Source of the DNA: Rhizodiscina lignyota
Lineage: Eukaryota
Assembly (NCBI GenBank): GCA_010015805.1
Contig: ML978125.1
Location: 1,116,001 to 1,180,000, forward strand
Reading direction: 5' to 3'
Length of the DNA stretch: 64,000 bases
The position numbers and the translations under genes were made by a program. The notes below the pieces were generated by a model. That model made no database searches, was not told the origin of the DNA, and saw only the letters and a program-made list of their open reading frames with translations. Of the stretch, positions 37,515 through 49,248 are shown piece by piece; the stretch's first letter is position 1, and every line of letters begins with the position of its first letter.

Positions 37515-39195
37515 TCACTTTCCACTAGGTGGAATAAGAGGACCAACTTCTCCAGTATACAGCTTTGCTAGATGCTCCACCGTGCGCGATGTGAATCTTG
37601 GCTTCTCCAGCATCCGATGCTCATCCATATCATTCAAAGCTCCCACTATCCACTCATTCATTGCCTCTGACTTTGCATGCATAAAGGCCATAGTCAGAGG
37701 AACGCTCATATATTGAACTCCAATGGGACGTCTTCTCCACGCGTAATCATGAGATTGGCATATACGATGGACAAGCGAGTCATTGTATTGGTCGATCGGG
37801 GCAGCGAAGTCCAAATTCGAATCATACATCAGCGATTGTCCAACCACACGAATCATGCGGTTTACGATTAGGGCAAAGCCTGCATGCATCATGAAGACTG
37901 TTGCTGTCCAGTGAAGATGGTAATGGATTGCATTCTTAAATGGCGAGTTTGGACGCGCAGCTTTGACCTGGGTGGTGTGTAAACCACTATCCAGCATACC
38001 TTGGACAACACTTTCCAGCCAATCTAGCTGTTTCTTGATGGCATAGAGTCGTTGGAGCAAAGATCGTGCCTCTGTATCCGGAAACCGATTCGAGCGGAGC
38101 TCTCGGATTTTGGAAGTGAGATCACTCCAGAACATCAGCTCATGCATCATTTTCTGGGCTAGCACTCCAGTTTGCGAGTCCGGTTTCAAGCCATCGAAAT
38201 AACCAAACCAAGGGTCCGATGTAAGGAAGCATGGAACTCCTAATTGCACGGCGCGTGCGATCTGCAGGCGTTAGATCAGGGAGCTATGATCAAATGCTCG
38301 AGTTGTTTTGTACCACAGGGCCTTGAAGATGGACGGCAAGTGCCATCTCGAGACCATCCCTGTGTTTGGATGGCCCACGGAGTTCCAGCAAGCGAGCCGC
38401 ACCTCCGGCGTGATATACACAGTTCCATTCATGAGGTGATCCGATTACAGCCTTTTAAGATCAGCGACAATCAGGACTTCTTCTCACGAGAGGGCCTAAG
38501 ACTTGCCTCGAGGTAGTACAAAATAAACGCAGCCGCAAGTGTCTCTCCAGAATACCCCTCTCCAGGATCCGCTATTGCTTCTCGAAGGCTTTTGACTGCT
38601 TGCAGATAGCCTTTCGCATCTATCCAAGTAGAGCAACCCCGGCCACGCATCATCGCGTTGTGCACAGAGGACATGAGCATAATGGCGTCATCCAGCGCCG
38701 CCGAGACGCCCATCCGTTGCGAGATCCATGTGAGCCATGTGCCTAAGAGATCCATATGGGTACCAATGTGACCCTCCCTGAAGCATGCGATCAGTTTCTG
38801 GGCCCGCATTTCCCCTGGGGAGAGCGTGGGTGTCGCCACTAGGTCTGGTACGGCATCGGTACGACGCCACTTTTGAAAGAGACTTCCACTTTCGGTGCGG
38901 CTCTCTGATGCAAGGAGCCAGACGCTGTTTTGCGGTGATTTTGAGACACGCTCGTCGCCTCCATCTGAGGGAGTATCTGACTTTTTCCGTTTGCTCGCTT
39001 CGTCGACGAAAGTAAACTTGTCTCTGTACGCGCATTCCCGACCAGAGTCTTGACAACGTTTACAGACTGGGAGAGTCTCGTCACACTAATGATACATTAA
39101 CTCTGCTACTCCTAGAAACATTTGAATAGACGGCTCACTTTGACCTTCTTTGCTCGACATGTTGTGCATCCATTGCTCCTTGGCACAGCGACCAT
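37515..39195 (-). CDS. Zn2Cys6 transcription factor (4 exons)
   Basis: Spliced MVAVPRSNGCTTCRAKKVK|CDETLPVCKRCQDSGRECAY gives the six-Cys cluster. The middle region has HAGGAARLLELRGP. Introns near 39088-39138, 38452-38506 and 38262-38313. Confidence 0.82.
38452..38506 (-). other. GC-AG intron (55 nt) in the Zn2Cys6 gene
   Basis: GAG|GCAAGT donor, GCTGAT branch, AAG acceptor. It keeps the frame into the HAGGAARLLELRGP exon. Confidence 0.75.
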
Positions 39196-41261
39196 TGCGT
39201 CAGTCAATCAAGCTTGTTTCGTTCGAGGTGGCAATGTAGAAGGTCTTCAGGATGCAGGAACATCTCCCAGAATGGATCCATCGCGCGTGCTATGAAATGA
39301 AGGCACAGAAGGTTCCTTACAGCCGTATCGCACTGGTAACTTGTCAAAGGACATGTGAATGCCCTATCGCACATTGTCGTTGATGCGGCTGAGGGGTTGA
39401 CGCCGATCATTTCCAAGGGTTGTGGCAAAGCACAAGGGTGTGCATCGCGGTATGCATCCATTTTGGGTAAAAGTGATGATTAGCACGGCCCTTCCCTCAC
39501 GCCAACATCTCCAGAATTATTTCTCCTAGCTTTAATCCACCTTAGCCGCAGCGCGTAGCTAATTGTACGGCATTCCCTTTCGCATGATCCCATCTGTCTT
39601 CGCGGCGACAGCACCCTTTCACGATCATACTTACGCTCGATACTCCGATATCAGGGAATAAAAATGGTGATGGGGGCTAAATATGGATTGGAAAGGACGA
39701 CAGCCCTGTCTCTCGGGGAGGAGAACGATACGAGAAGAGTTGATCAAGAAACATGATGCGATTTCTGGGGATATAAGGAAACTCGGAAAATCCGCAGAAC
39801 GACTTCTTTTAACCGCTGGTTCAATTGTCCGTTATGAAAAGGTGGAATGCGCATATCGCTTTTTCGTGGCTCTTCTTTCATGCTGGCTCGGTTGCTCTTT
39901 CACCTTGTGCCGCCAGCCTTTGCGGTAGGAACTTATACCACCAGTCGAAGCAGTCATCTCAGAACCATTGAACAGCCATTTCGACGTTGGCTCGACTCGG
40001 CGCCCAGCGCAATCCACCCTACTCAATGCCTGGCGGCCTCTTTCTCTACTTTCCGCTTCCAGAGGAACCCGACTGCTTCCGCATTCAGCAGAATGCCTTT
40101 CATGGCGTTGCTCGAAGTCTGCAAAACGAGCCCTCTCGTAGCATCACTTCGTCGCCGAAATCTCGTGGGTCGGACTGCGGAAGCGTCGCAGATGCTGCAT
40201 CTGATACATCAGGAAGAGATTCCACTGCATATGAACTTCGAAAGCTGGCATTGTGAGTTGCAGATGATGTCTAATGCCGTTCAAATTTTCGTACTGTCTG
40301 CTAATGCGGATTGTACCTGTTGCAGGATGCCGTCAGCGAAAAGACAATCATCTATTTCTTCTTCGTCGAGTCTGAGCTCATCAAGCTCTCGCTGTCCTCC
40401 ATCTTCTTCTTAGCTCATTAGTCGACGACGATGAGGTATTCTGAGTCAGAGTTCGGTGGATGAAGGAACGAGCTTCGAGCCGACTTGCTGACCCTTGGGT
40501 CAAGTCGGAAATATGCGGTGCATCATGGCATGGCGTTTGCGGTAATTGTCTTGTCGGGGCGGGATTGTGAACGCAGAACAGTAATGATCAAATTTAATGA
40601 GAGAAGAGAGAGGATTGTGGTCGCACCTTGCATGTCCAAACACAATGGCCCGAACATTGAGCGGAAGAAACCCTCATCGAACTTAGTGAGATTATGCAAT
40701 AAAGTCCCTTTAAACTTACCTAAAATGACATGTCGATCCCAGTCGAGGCCGAGAAAATGGAGGTGTATGACCGCTTTACAACCGAATTGAAAAAGCCTGT
40801 ATTACTGAATCTGAGGAACCGTGGCAACTTTTGATAGATGTATGAGTCTGAGGCCGGTTGAGGAATGCTCTGATTCTCCATTCAGCCGGGATCCATTTTG
40901 ATCGTCGCTCTTCTGGCTGCTCCCTAGCTACTGTGTCGACGACGAAGCGTTTTAAGTCGGGGATTAGTCTCTACACCTAAGACACAACCACTTAGCAAAC
41001 ACATAGATTTGACAGGCGAGGGTGACAATATAATCTACCATTTGGAAGCTTGAGCTTAAGGACAGCGCCAAAAGGCGGATATTCTTGGCGCGAGGAGCCG
41101 TTCTAGCAGAAGACGTGTGGCCAAGCTTTGTTTAGTCGCCAGTCTGCGAATTCCCCTGCCAGTTGCCTACGCGTAAGGTAGACGGGGAGAAGTGAAGATA
41201 GCTGAACGGTTCGCTACGACTGGTGATGCGTACAGCATTGACTAGCGCGACCGTTTCTTGT

Positions 41262-41269
41262 TGACGTCA
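41262..41269. promoter_or_regulatory. CRE (ATF/CREB bZIP) palindrome TGACGTCA, about 120 bp upstream of the DUF3140 ATG
   Basis: Exact 8-bp match at a promoter-proximal position. Confidence 0.4.
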
Positions 41270-41390
41270 TGAAGCAACGACCTTATTCAGACCACGCGGA
41301 ACGATATACAGGCCACTCAAGTTATCGTTGACTGCAAAAATTTCGTCCATCATAGCCCATATTGTACGTGATTCAATCGTAGAGCTCAAC

Positions 41391-41956
41391 ATGGCGAAAG
41401 ACAACGAAACAGTGATCCAGTGAGTTTCCATGAAAATACGTCGGCGTGAGAGAACACTGAATCGCTAAATATCGCGACAGAGAGTTCAATGAGCTTGTCA
41501 ATATGTCAGCGCAGGAATTGAAAGACTGGCTTGGCAAGGACGAGTCGACTGGCTCAGGTTGGGATAAAAACGATGGCTCCGGTGAAACTATTGGTCACGA
41601 AAGGTGGACAACACCGGGGTCTGTGCTTCTTCGTTGAGTGCTGAATATGCCAGTGGTCGGAAGATAGTCCAAATCCTGGAGAAGAACCCAAAGAAAGATC
41701 CGGATAAATATGCAGAGGATGATATCGAGCATATGAGAAGAGTAGTCGCGTACAACAAGAGGTGAGGAAGTCAGCATCGAAAATCGGAGCAAAGCCCTTG
41801 ACGATGAATCAACAGGCATCTCGCACAGGAAGAGAAAGCTAAGCAGGATACGAACAGTAAATCCTACAAGTCTTTGAAGAACTGATAAGTGCCCGCCTAC
41901 ATGGTGCAGAGCCTAAGCTGACCAATAAAACGGGGCATGATGCTCAAAAGACGTAG
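41391..41956 (+). CDS. DUF3140-family protein, 117 aa; exons 41391-41419, 41481-41603, 41654-41761, 41816-41884 and 41932-41956
   Basis: MAKDNETVIQEFNELVNMSAQELKDWL...GETIGHESGRKIVQIL...DDIEHMRRVVAYNKRHLAQE...SLKNWGHDAQKT. Missed by the ORF track because the exons are short. Confidence 0.85.
41885..41931 (+). other. AT-AC intron (47 nt) with U2-type signals
   Basis: TG|ATAAGT...GCTGAC CAATAAAAC|G. Removal converts an apparent TGA stop into TGG and restores NWGHD. Confidence 0.78.
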
Positions 41957-43182
41957 AAGAGTGTTTTGAGATCGGATAGTACTCATCCGTATGTGCAATA
42001 GCATGATTTGAGTTTGTGCATGTGACGGATGTGGGAGATGTTTCAAATTACAGTGATGTTGAGAGCAGCTTGAAAGGAATAGAGATCTGACTTCCGAGCC
42101 ACGGAGAGACCATGCTCTACAGTCATTATATATTTGGAATTTACAATGCAATCAGCATTTAAATCGTGTTTGATCTGCAGCTTCGCAGACGCGTCGGAGC
42201 TTGTTTAACGCAGATGTTTAAACTTCTGCTCTGCCATGGTGAATGCTCAACGTACTTGTATGCAACTCTTCAGATGCAGACCTGGCCCGAAGAGTTGCGT
42301 CAGTAGATGCAAGAAGGCTCGTGCTTAGTGAGGACCGAGGCGAATTGCACCAGACCATTATTCTGGGGGCAAGTTTTCACGGCTCAACGTACCGAGTACC
42401 AGGTTGGCAGTCTGGTAGGGAGAGGCTGGATAGGATGGTGTGGCATGAACGCTGAACGGCCGTCGATGACAAGCCCCGAAATGCACGTCCGGTCAGGCAG
42501 AAATCGGTTTCAGAGCTGCAGCTTACACGGCATGGGAGCCATTCGGAAGACACCTAGAGCTCTGCAGCGTTGGTGGCCGGCCGCTGGTGGAGGTGGACTT
42601 TTAAGGTGTGGCCGAAGCAAGGCAAAGCCACCGCCAACCTGATATGCTGCGTACAATCAAGCTTGCGAATTCATGTGCCAACAAGTCCAAGGCACCGCGG
42701 CGGTTCAGTTGAAGCATTTGCGGCTCGCATGGAGCTGAATTGAGATCGCAAAATGGACGCAAAAACCTTCAGCTAGCGACATCATGGGATGCCGACCTCG
42801 TACAATTCCTGGCCTGATGGCATGATCTACGGTACATTCGAAGGCACTCCATCCTGACGAGTCAGGCGTGTCGTTTTCGGCAATCCATCACGCGCGTTTG
42901 AAGGTGAGACTTCACCGGGGGCGGAGCACGTCTTCTTCAGAGACGGTTGTTGCAACTGCAAAGGCGAAAGACGGCCGACGGCTGATTGCTAATGAGGATT
43001 AACACTCAAAGGCGGTAGAATGATGGAGAGCTGCTTCTTCAGCGGAACAACAGTCGTCCGCTCTGACTTGCCCTCGCGGACGACGAGGCATCAAGGAGGC
43101 AAAGGAGGCGAATTAATGGCAATTGTGGGCGCACCACCTGCCCGTCTCGGGGCTTTTTGCTGTCGAAGTGCGCAGGTAAAGG

Positions 43183-43192
43183 CTATTAATAG
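43183..43192. promoter_or_regulatory. Rlm1/MEF2-type MADS-box site CTA(A/T)4TAG upstream of rlm1
   Basis: CTATTAATAG inside the 12-bp palindrome GCTATTAATAGC, about 435 bp before the ATG, in a GC-rich context. Confidence 0.6.
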
Positions 43193-43625
43193 CACCACTT
43201 AGGGTAAGGCTCGCCGCTGGCACTGCCTATAGGCGTGTAGATTGGCGAGGCGGGACGTGCGCAGCCAGTGACAGCCACCGAGCCACGTTCTGCCGCCGAT
43301 GAAACAGGCGACAAAAGACCCGTCGACCTGCGCGATCTCCCTCCGACTCGCAGTGCATGTCGTCCTTCTCTCCATAGTTCAAAAATAGCAACATCTCCAG
43401 ACCTCGCCTCAAGAGCCTCACGACCACACGAGAAGGCATCGCGAGCGCTGCAGCATATACATTACCCAGGCGCGCCAGCGGCTACCTTACCTGCCCGATT
43501 TCGACCCCCTTTCCCTGAATCCCCGCCGACCGTCAGAGTCTGCAACCGCGTTACCGACTGTCGACGCCTTTTGCGCGAGCCACCCACCAAACTCTCATGC
43601 AAAACAACGTTTGAGCCTCGTCACC

Positions 43626-45570
43626 ATGGGTCGCAGAAAGATTGAGATTAAGGCCATCAAGGACGACCGGAATCGCTCAGTGTACGTTATCCCTTGCTCA
43701 AGTGTGCTGGCCCACCTGTCGGTGAAGGCCAGAGTCTCAACGTTCAACGGCTAACGTCTTTGCAACTCACAGAACTTTCCTCAAGCGAAAAGGCGGCCTC
43801 TTCAAGAAGGCCCACGAATTATCCGTCCTCTGCTCTGTCGATGTCGCCGTCATTATCTTCGGTCACAACAAGAAACTTTACGAGTTCTCCTCAGGCGACA
43901 TCCACGAAACGATTGGAAGATACCAATATGTGAGTGGAGCTAGCACTTTAATCCCATTTTTCCATATACATATTTGCGCTCTGTCATAATAATTGCTGCA
44001 CTGTTTGCCTTGACACTGGAGTCGGCTATCGGATAGCATCGTGGGGGCGAATTGAACTTGTACTGACTCGTAACAGTATGGAGCTGCACACGAGCACAAA
44101 GGTCCAGAGGACTTTAACGGCAAGAGGGATGGTGACGATGAAGACGAAGACGAAGAGCATATCGGATCGCCGCACCCCGAGTCACACTCTCCGCCAGAGC
44201 ACGCCATGATCCCGCATCTTCACAACCAACCGCCGTATCAGCACATCCGCCATCAGACCCCCTCAGCTTCACCGCCCATGCCGAATGGCATGGCTTTTCA
44301 TCCTGTCCGCCACCAGTCTCCACAACCCGGTAACATCTCTCGACCATCTTCTAGAGCCCACATCCGCCGTACAAGCTCAAATCTAGCACCCCAGGCACAC
44401 ATGCAAGTCTCGCAGCCCGCTCCTCCCCAGAACAGCTACGCATACATGCCGAATCCTCCCATCTACAATCCACAGGCTGCTGCTGGTATGCCTGTGCGAG
44501 GACAGCCAGGACAGCCAGGCCAACCTGGACAACCGCAGCCGCCGCATTATCAGTACACGCACCCGCTCCCCAACCCACAAGTACAACAAACCTACCAAGA
44601 AGAGCAACGCCGACAATCGATGCCACCACAATTTCCTCCACAGCAAGAGCAGCGCCCACCCAATTCAGTTCCTGTCCCGTCTCCACCGCAACCACCGCCT
44701 CAGCCGCAACCACAATCCGAGCAAAATAACTTCACTAGCCCACCATTGCCACAGCCGAAGCCTCTTTCCGTAGCTGCAAAGTCTCACAGCATCTTCACTC
44801 CCATCGATGATAGTCGCTCTCTACTTGCCCAGCACTGGGGATCCTCAAACGACCCACCACGCACTGAACCTACCATTAAAATCGAGGGAGGACCAAGATC
44901 TCAGTCGATTGATACTGCATCCATGAGTCGAGAACAGGCCAATGGTAGACATCCTCAAGCGAGACCAGGACCACCAGCAAATGTCGCACCCCTACCGCAG
45001 CGAACAGCCTCTACCTCCTCCATGCCCATCATTCAACCACCCAGCAGGACGAACAGCATGCAGAGCGATCCAAAACGACCAAAATTGAAGGTCCAGATTC
45101 CAAGTGAGCACTCTGAGGGCGAAGACGCGACGGCAAACTCTTCTCCGAACGGCACTACCAATGCCACACCTATTCGTGGCGCTGGAGAAGGTGGCCATTC
45201 AGGAGTGGTTCTTCCGCCGCCCTCACCGAGTGCGAGTGCGCTTCTGAGCGCTGGCGCTTCAGGACCACCGAACCCCTTTGCAAGACCCGCACCTCCCTCG
45301 AACAGCTCTTTCGGTAACCGTAACGACAACATGGAGACTCCCATCTCTGCTTTGCCGAGCAGATTTGTGGCGGACCAACTCCTACCCTCTCCCTCGAGTT
45401 TCTATCAAGACTGGGGCTTTGGAAGAGATTCCAACATGCTTCCCAGTCCGTTGAACTTTCAAACACCCGTAGTATCGAATGGACCAAACTTCAGCCAGGA
45501 CGAGAATGACCGTAAAAGGAAGACTTCTGACGGATCTGAAGGAGGTATAGGAAAGCGGATCAAGACGTAG
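43626..45570 (+). CDS. RLM1: MEF2-type MADS-box transcription factor Rlm1/RlmA; introns 43682-43772 and 43930-44076
   Basis: [48 protein letters not shown], then Pro/Gln-rich region, RPKLKVQIP (MAPK docking-like), [11 protein letters not shown] and [10 protein letters not shown]. Confidence 0.93.
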
Positions 45571-46225
45571 ACGGCCAGCTTCATTTCATTGTTTCGAATG
45601 ACTTTTCTCTCGGTGAATCTTTTTGATATCCAATCTTTTCAGGCGTACAGTACCACATGAACAGTATCTGTTCCACAGTCACTCGTGCATAATGTCTTTT
45701 CTATGCGAGCTGGGAGGAAGCGTTTTCAGGCAGTTCGGGCTTAGTATGATTGTTAATGCGCTTCATAGCAATCATGAACAAAAAATATCAAATTGGAATT
45801 TTATCCCCAAAGCAGTTCGAACCGCGCAATTCACGCCAATGAGCATTTGAGGCTTGCGAGCGCCTAGAGCCCGCCAATTACACAGCCTGGAGGGTAAGGG
45901 GTTGGCAGAGCCGCAGCAGACTTGGCAGAAGGGCACCTGCGCAGGGCTGGGACACCCTTCTCTCCGGCGCGCGTCTGCGGGGCGTCGAGCATCCACGCTT
46001 TGCACGCTACACCAGCGAGGCTGAAAGCCCACCTCGACTTGAGGCGCATAGAGCTGTTCCACCTCGGGCAGCAACATCTCATGATCCTGACGTTACACGC
46101 CAACTCACCGACCGCTGAACAGAATCTCTCCGAGCAGGCGCAAAGGCTGCCGTCCGTGCTTTTATAGCTTGCGACAGCCCCGCGACTGAACTACAGCTCG
46201 TTCATGCTTCGTCAAAGTGCGAGAG

Positions 46226-47537
46226 ATGGCATATAACAAGCGCTACAATCCAGACGCGCTGCCAGCGCATGCTGAGCCAGATCAGGTCGGCTCCTAAACC
46301 AAATTGGCAGAACCGTACATTGACTTGGACTTTCAGGCCGCACAATTGCTCGCTGGCGGCGCGCCTTCTCAGCCTCCACCGAGAACATCTTCGCGCCAAG
46401 ACTCGAGCAGTTACAGACCGAATCCTTCTTCGCAATCTTCGAGTTATAACAAACCGCAGCCTCCACGTCCTGACGACCGTTATGGCCGTCATAGCCCATC
46501 TGGTACCTACGACACAGGTCGTCCAGCACCACAGGGCTCCTACAGCGACGCAGGTCGCCCACCACCAGCTAGTAACTACGACGCAGGCCGCCCACCGGCA
46601 CCCGGTTCATACAATGACGGTAGCTCGAGACAGTATAGCTCCCGGTACAGTAGTGGAGGTGGAGGCCAGGAACCCATGAGCCCTCGATACCAAGGCATTG
46701 GGTCTCCGCCTCCACAGAACTATGGCTACGGACAGCTAGGCCCACCACCGGCGAAGGATTACACCAGCAGGCCACCTGCCCAAGCACCGCCTCCAACCCC
46801 CGCTCCCCCAAAAGACGCCAGTGACAAAGATGCGCTGTGGCCGCTGTTCAGAGCAGTTGACAAGGATCAGAGTGGACAGCTCAGTGAGAAGGAATTAAAA
46901 GCCGCGCTCGTAAATGGCGATTGGTCGAGCTTCGATCCGCACACGGTGAAGATGATGATAAGAATGTTCGACACTGATCGCTCGGGCACAATCAATTTTG
47001 ACGAGTTCTGGTAAGCTACCCCTCGGCCCCTTTGGTTTTTCACGCGCAATTGCGCACTCCCGTACTGATGACCGCGTTCAGCGGCTTGTGGGGGTTCCTC
47101 GCCGCTTGGAGAACGCTATTCGATCGCTTCGACCTCGATCGCAGTGGCAACATTTCGTACAATGAGTTCAGTGACGCGCTTGTCGCGTTCGGATATCGTC
47201 TGTCTCCATCGTTCATTACACTGCTCTTCCGAACATATGACCGGAGAGGCGAGAATGCGATGAGCTTCGACCTCTTTGTTCAGGCTTGTATCAGTCTGAA
47301 GAGGATGACGGACGTGTTCAAGAAGTATGATGATGACAGGGATGGATACATCACGCTCTCCTTGTAAGTGACTCCGAATCTTACATACATTGCATATCCG
47401 AAAAAAGCAACACTAATGTAAATTGTTCTTAACAGCGAGGAGTTCTTAACAGGTGCGCAATCACTCTTCCTCATGAACAGCATCTCGTCGTCGACTGATA
47501 CGGGACTTTATTAGAAATTTTGCGGCAGCTTGGATGA
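46226..47537 (+). CDS. PEF1: Peflin (penta-EF-hand Ca2+-binding protein); introns 46286-46336, 47011-47081, 47364-47435 and 47453-47514
   Basis: Gly/Pro/Tyr-rich N-terminus, then EF hands DKDQSGQLSEKE, DTDRSGTINFDEF, DLDRSGNISYNEF and DDDRDGYITLSFEEF. Confidence 0.9.
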
Positions 47538-47820
47538 AGAGCAAGGACTGGCCTCTGGCCATGGCGTTGGACACTTGTCAAGTCTGATCCTAAGGTTTCA
47601 CGATGGAATCTTGAAGGCACATCCTTCAGGCTTTCAAAGCAGCATCTTTTGCGTTGCTATGAAATTTTCTGGCGAACTGTTTTTGGTACACGGCATTATG
47701 AGCAGTGGACCAGGCCAGTTACATATTAGATGCAACTATATTGCAGCCATAATCTAATCATGATTAACTAGCTAGCAAAGATGCTTAATCTCTCAATTTC
47801 GTCGTTTTTAAAGTCTACCT

Positions 47821-48734
47821 CTACCGCATATGGCTCGCCACGATCCCTGACAGTGTCTCGAACACTTCTCTCCTCTTGGGCACAATCTCCTTGAAAGGCT
47901 CAGCAACGCCTTTGCTACCTGGCGGACCGAGATCGCCGATGATGATCTGGTCGTCTCCGGATGCTAAGCCCTTCCATGCTAGTTCGGTGAACTGGTCGAC
48001 TGGCATGCCGAAATTACGTCCGCCGGGCATGTAGTCATGCAGCTCGCTCTGGACAGGCGGAGGGGACAACTCAATGATTTTGATGTTGCTGCCTGCATTG
48101 GCGAGTTCAAAACGCAAGCAGAGGGTGAAGGAGTTTAGCGCTGCTTTGGATGCGGAATAGCCGGAGAGCGTGATGGCGGGGACGATGGCAATATGTGTAC
48201 CTGTGCTAGAGCGCATTTGTCAGCTTGGAGACATAGGGTACTAGTATCAGATGGCTTACTAAACAATGCTCGTAGGGAACTGTTGCTTCTCAAGAAGAGG
48301 CAGGAAGGCATGCGTCAGCGCGACGAAGCTGGTGAAGTTGACGTGGAATTCGTTGTTGAACTCGGCGAGGTCGACGGAGGCTGGCTTGCCCCACATATGT
48401 CGTCGTTGGATACCGGCATTGAGGAAGACGCAGTCAATATCTGGAAACTTGGACATTGTTCTGCATCAGGTCAGCATGTGCCCGAAGACAGAGTATTGAG
48501 GGTGGTATCGACGGACTCTGCGGCAAACTTTGGCGCGTTCTGCGTATCGGCGATGTCGAAGGCTATCATGCTGGCCTTCTCCTCCCCATATTCTTTCACG
48601 AAGGCCTCTAGTCTGTCGTTACGTCTGCCGGTCACGGTGACTTTCAGTCCTTCTTTGATCATGCGGTCTGCCAGCGCTTTGCCGATGCCGGATGTTGCTC
48701 CAACCATGAGGACGTGCTTGTATGGGAAAGACAT
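47821..48734 (-). CDS. Short-chain dehydrogenase/reductase (DltE-like), 3 exons
   Basis: GATSGIG, NAG and YSASKAA (YxxxK) motifs. Two canonical introns join the three ORF pieces. Confidence 0.88.
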
Positions 48735-49248
48735 GATGACTGTTGGTAACGAAAAAAAGGAGAACTCCTGGCACTAAGAGGGCTTGAGAGTTCGGAAGGT
48801 TGGTATATGGGTAAGTTCTGCGCTGTGATTAGGAAATGGGGTGCTGATTCTAAAGTTGAAGCCTAACATTCCAGAAAAACGAGCAATATATCATTGAAGC
48901 GGAGCAAGTCCTGTGTCTCGGCGCCACGCAAACTCCAACGGCTTGACTATTAAATCCGAATGAGATTGAGCCAAACTTCATCATTTATTACGGAGTTAGC
49001 TCTTGAGGCTTTTTGTCTATTCCGACCTGACATCGCCATCATGCACGAAATGCATCCCGGATACAGTTTAGCGCCAGATCTTCCCGTAACCTTTACAGTG
49101 CCAAGTCCGATGCTTAGCTTCGTCATAGTACCCCTTCAAGTAACCTCTACGGCCTCTTCTCACATTCTCTGCAATCTCGCGAAATGGCGAATATAATGGC
49201 TTCAGAGCTAAACGACTAGTACGACAACCCTTGCTTGGAAGGGTCAGC

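Noticed and set aside
39700..40530. Possible gene relic on the minus strand (acidic stretch EEDGGQRELDELRLDEEEIDD) and the 188-aa plus-strand ORF
   Set aside because: Stop density is near random expectation and there is no recognisable family, so it cannot be supported without a homology search.
41883..41885. A-to-I editing or readthrough of the TGA as an alternative to the AT-AC intron
   Set aside because: The next codon is TAA, the GHD codons lie 47 nt away in another frame, and there is no AG at the needed acceptor position.
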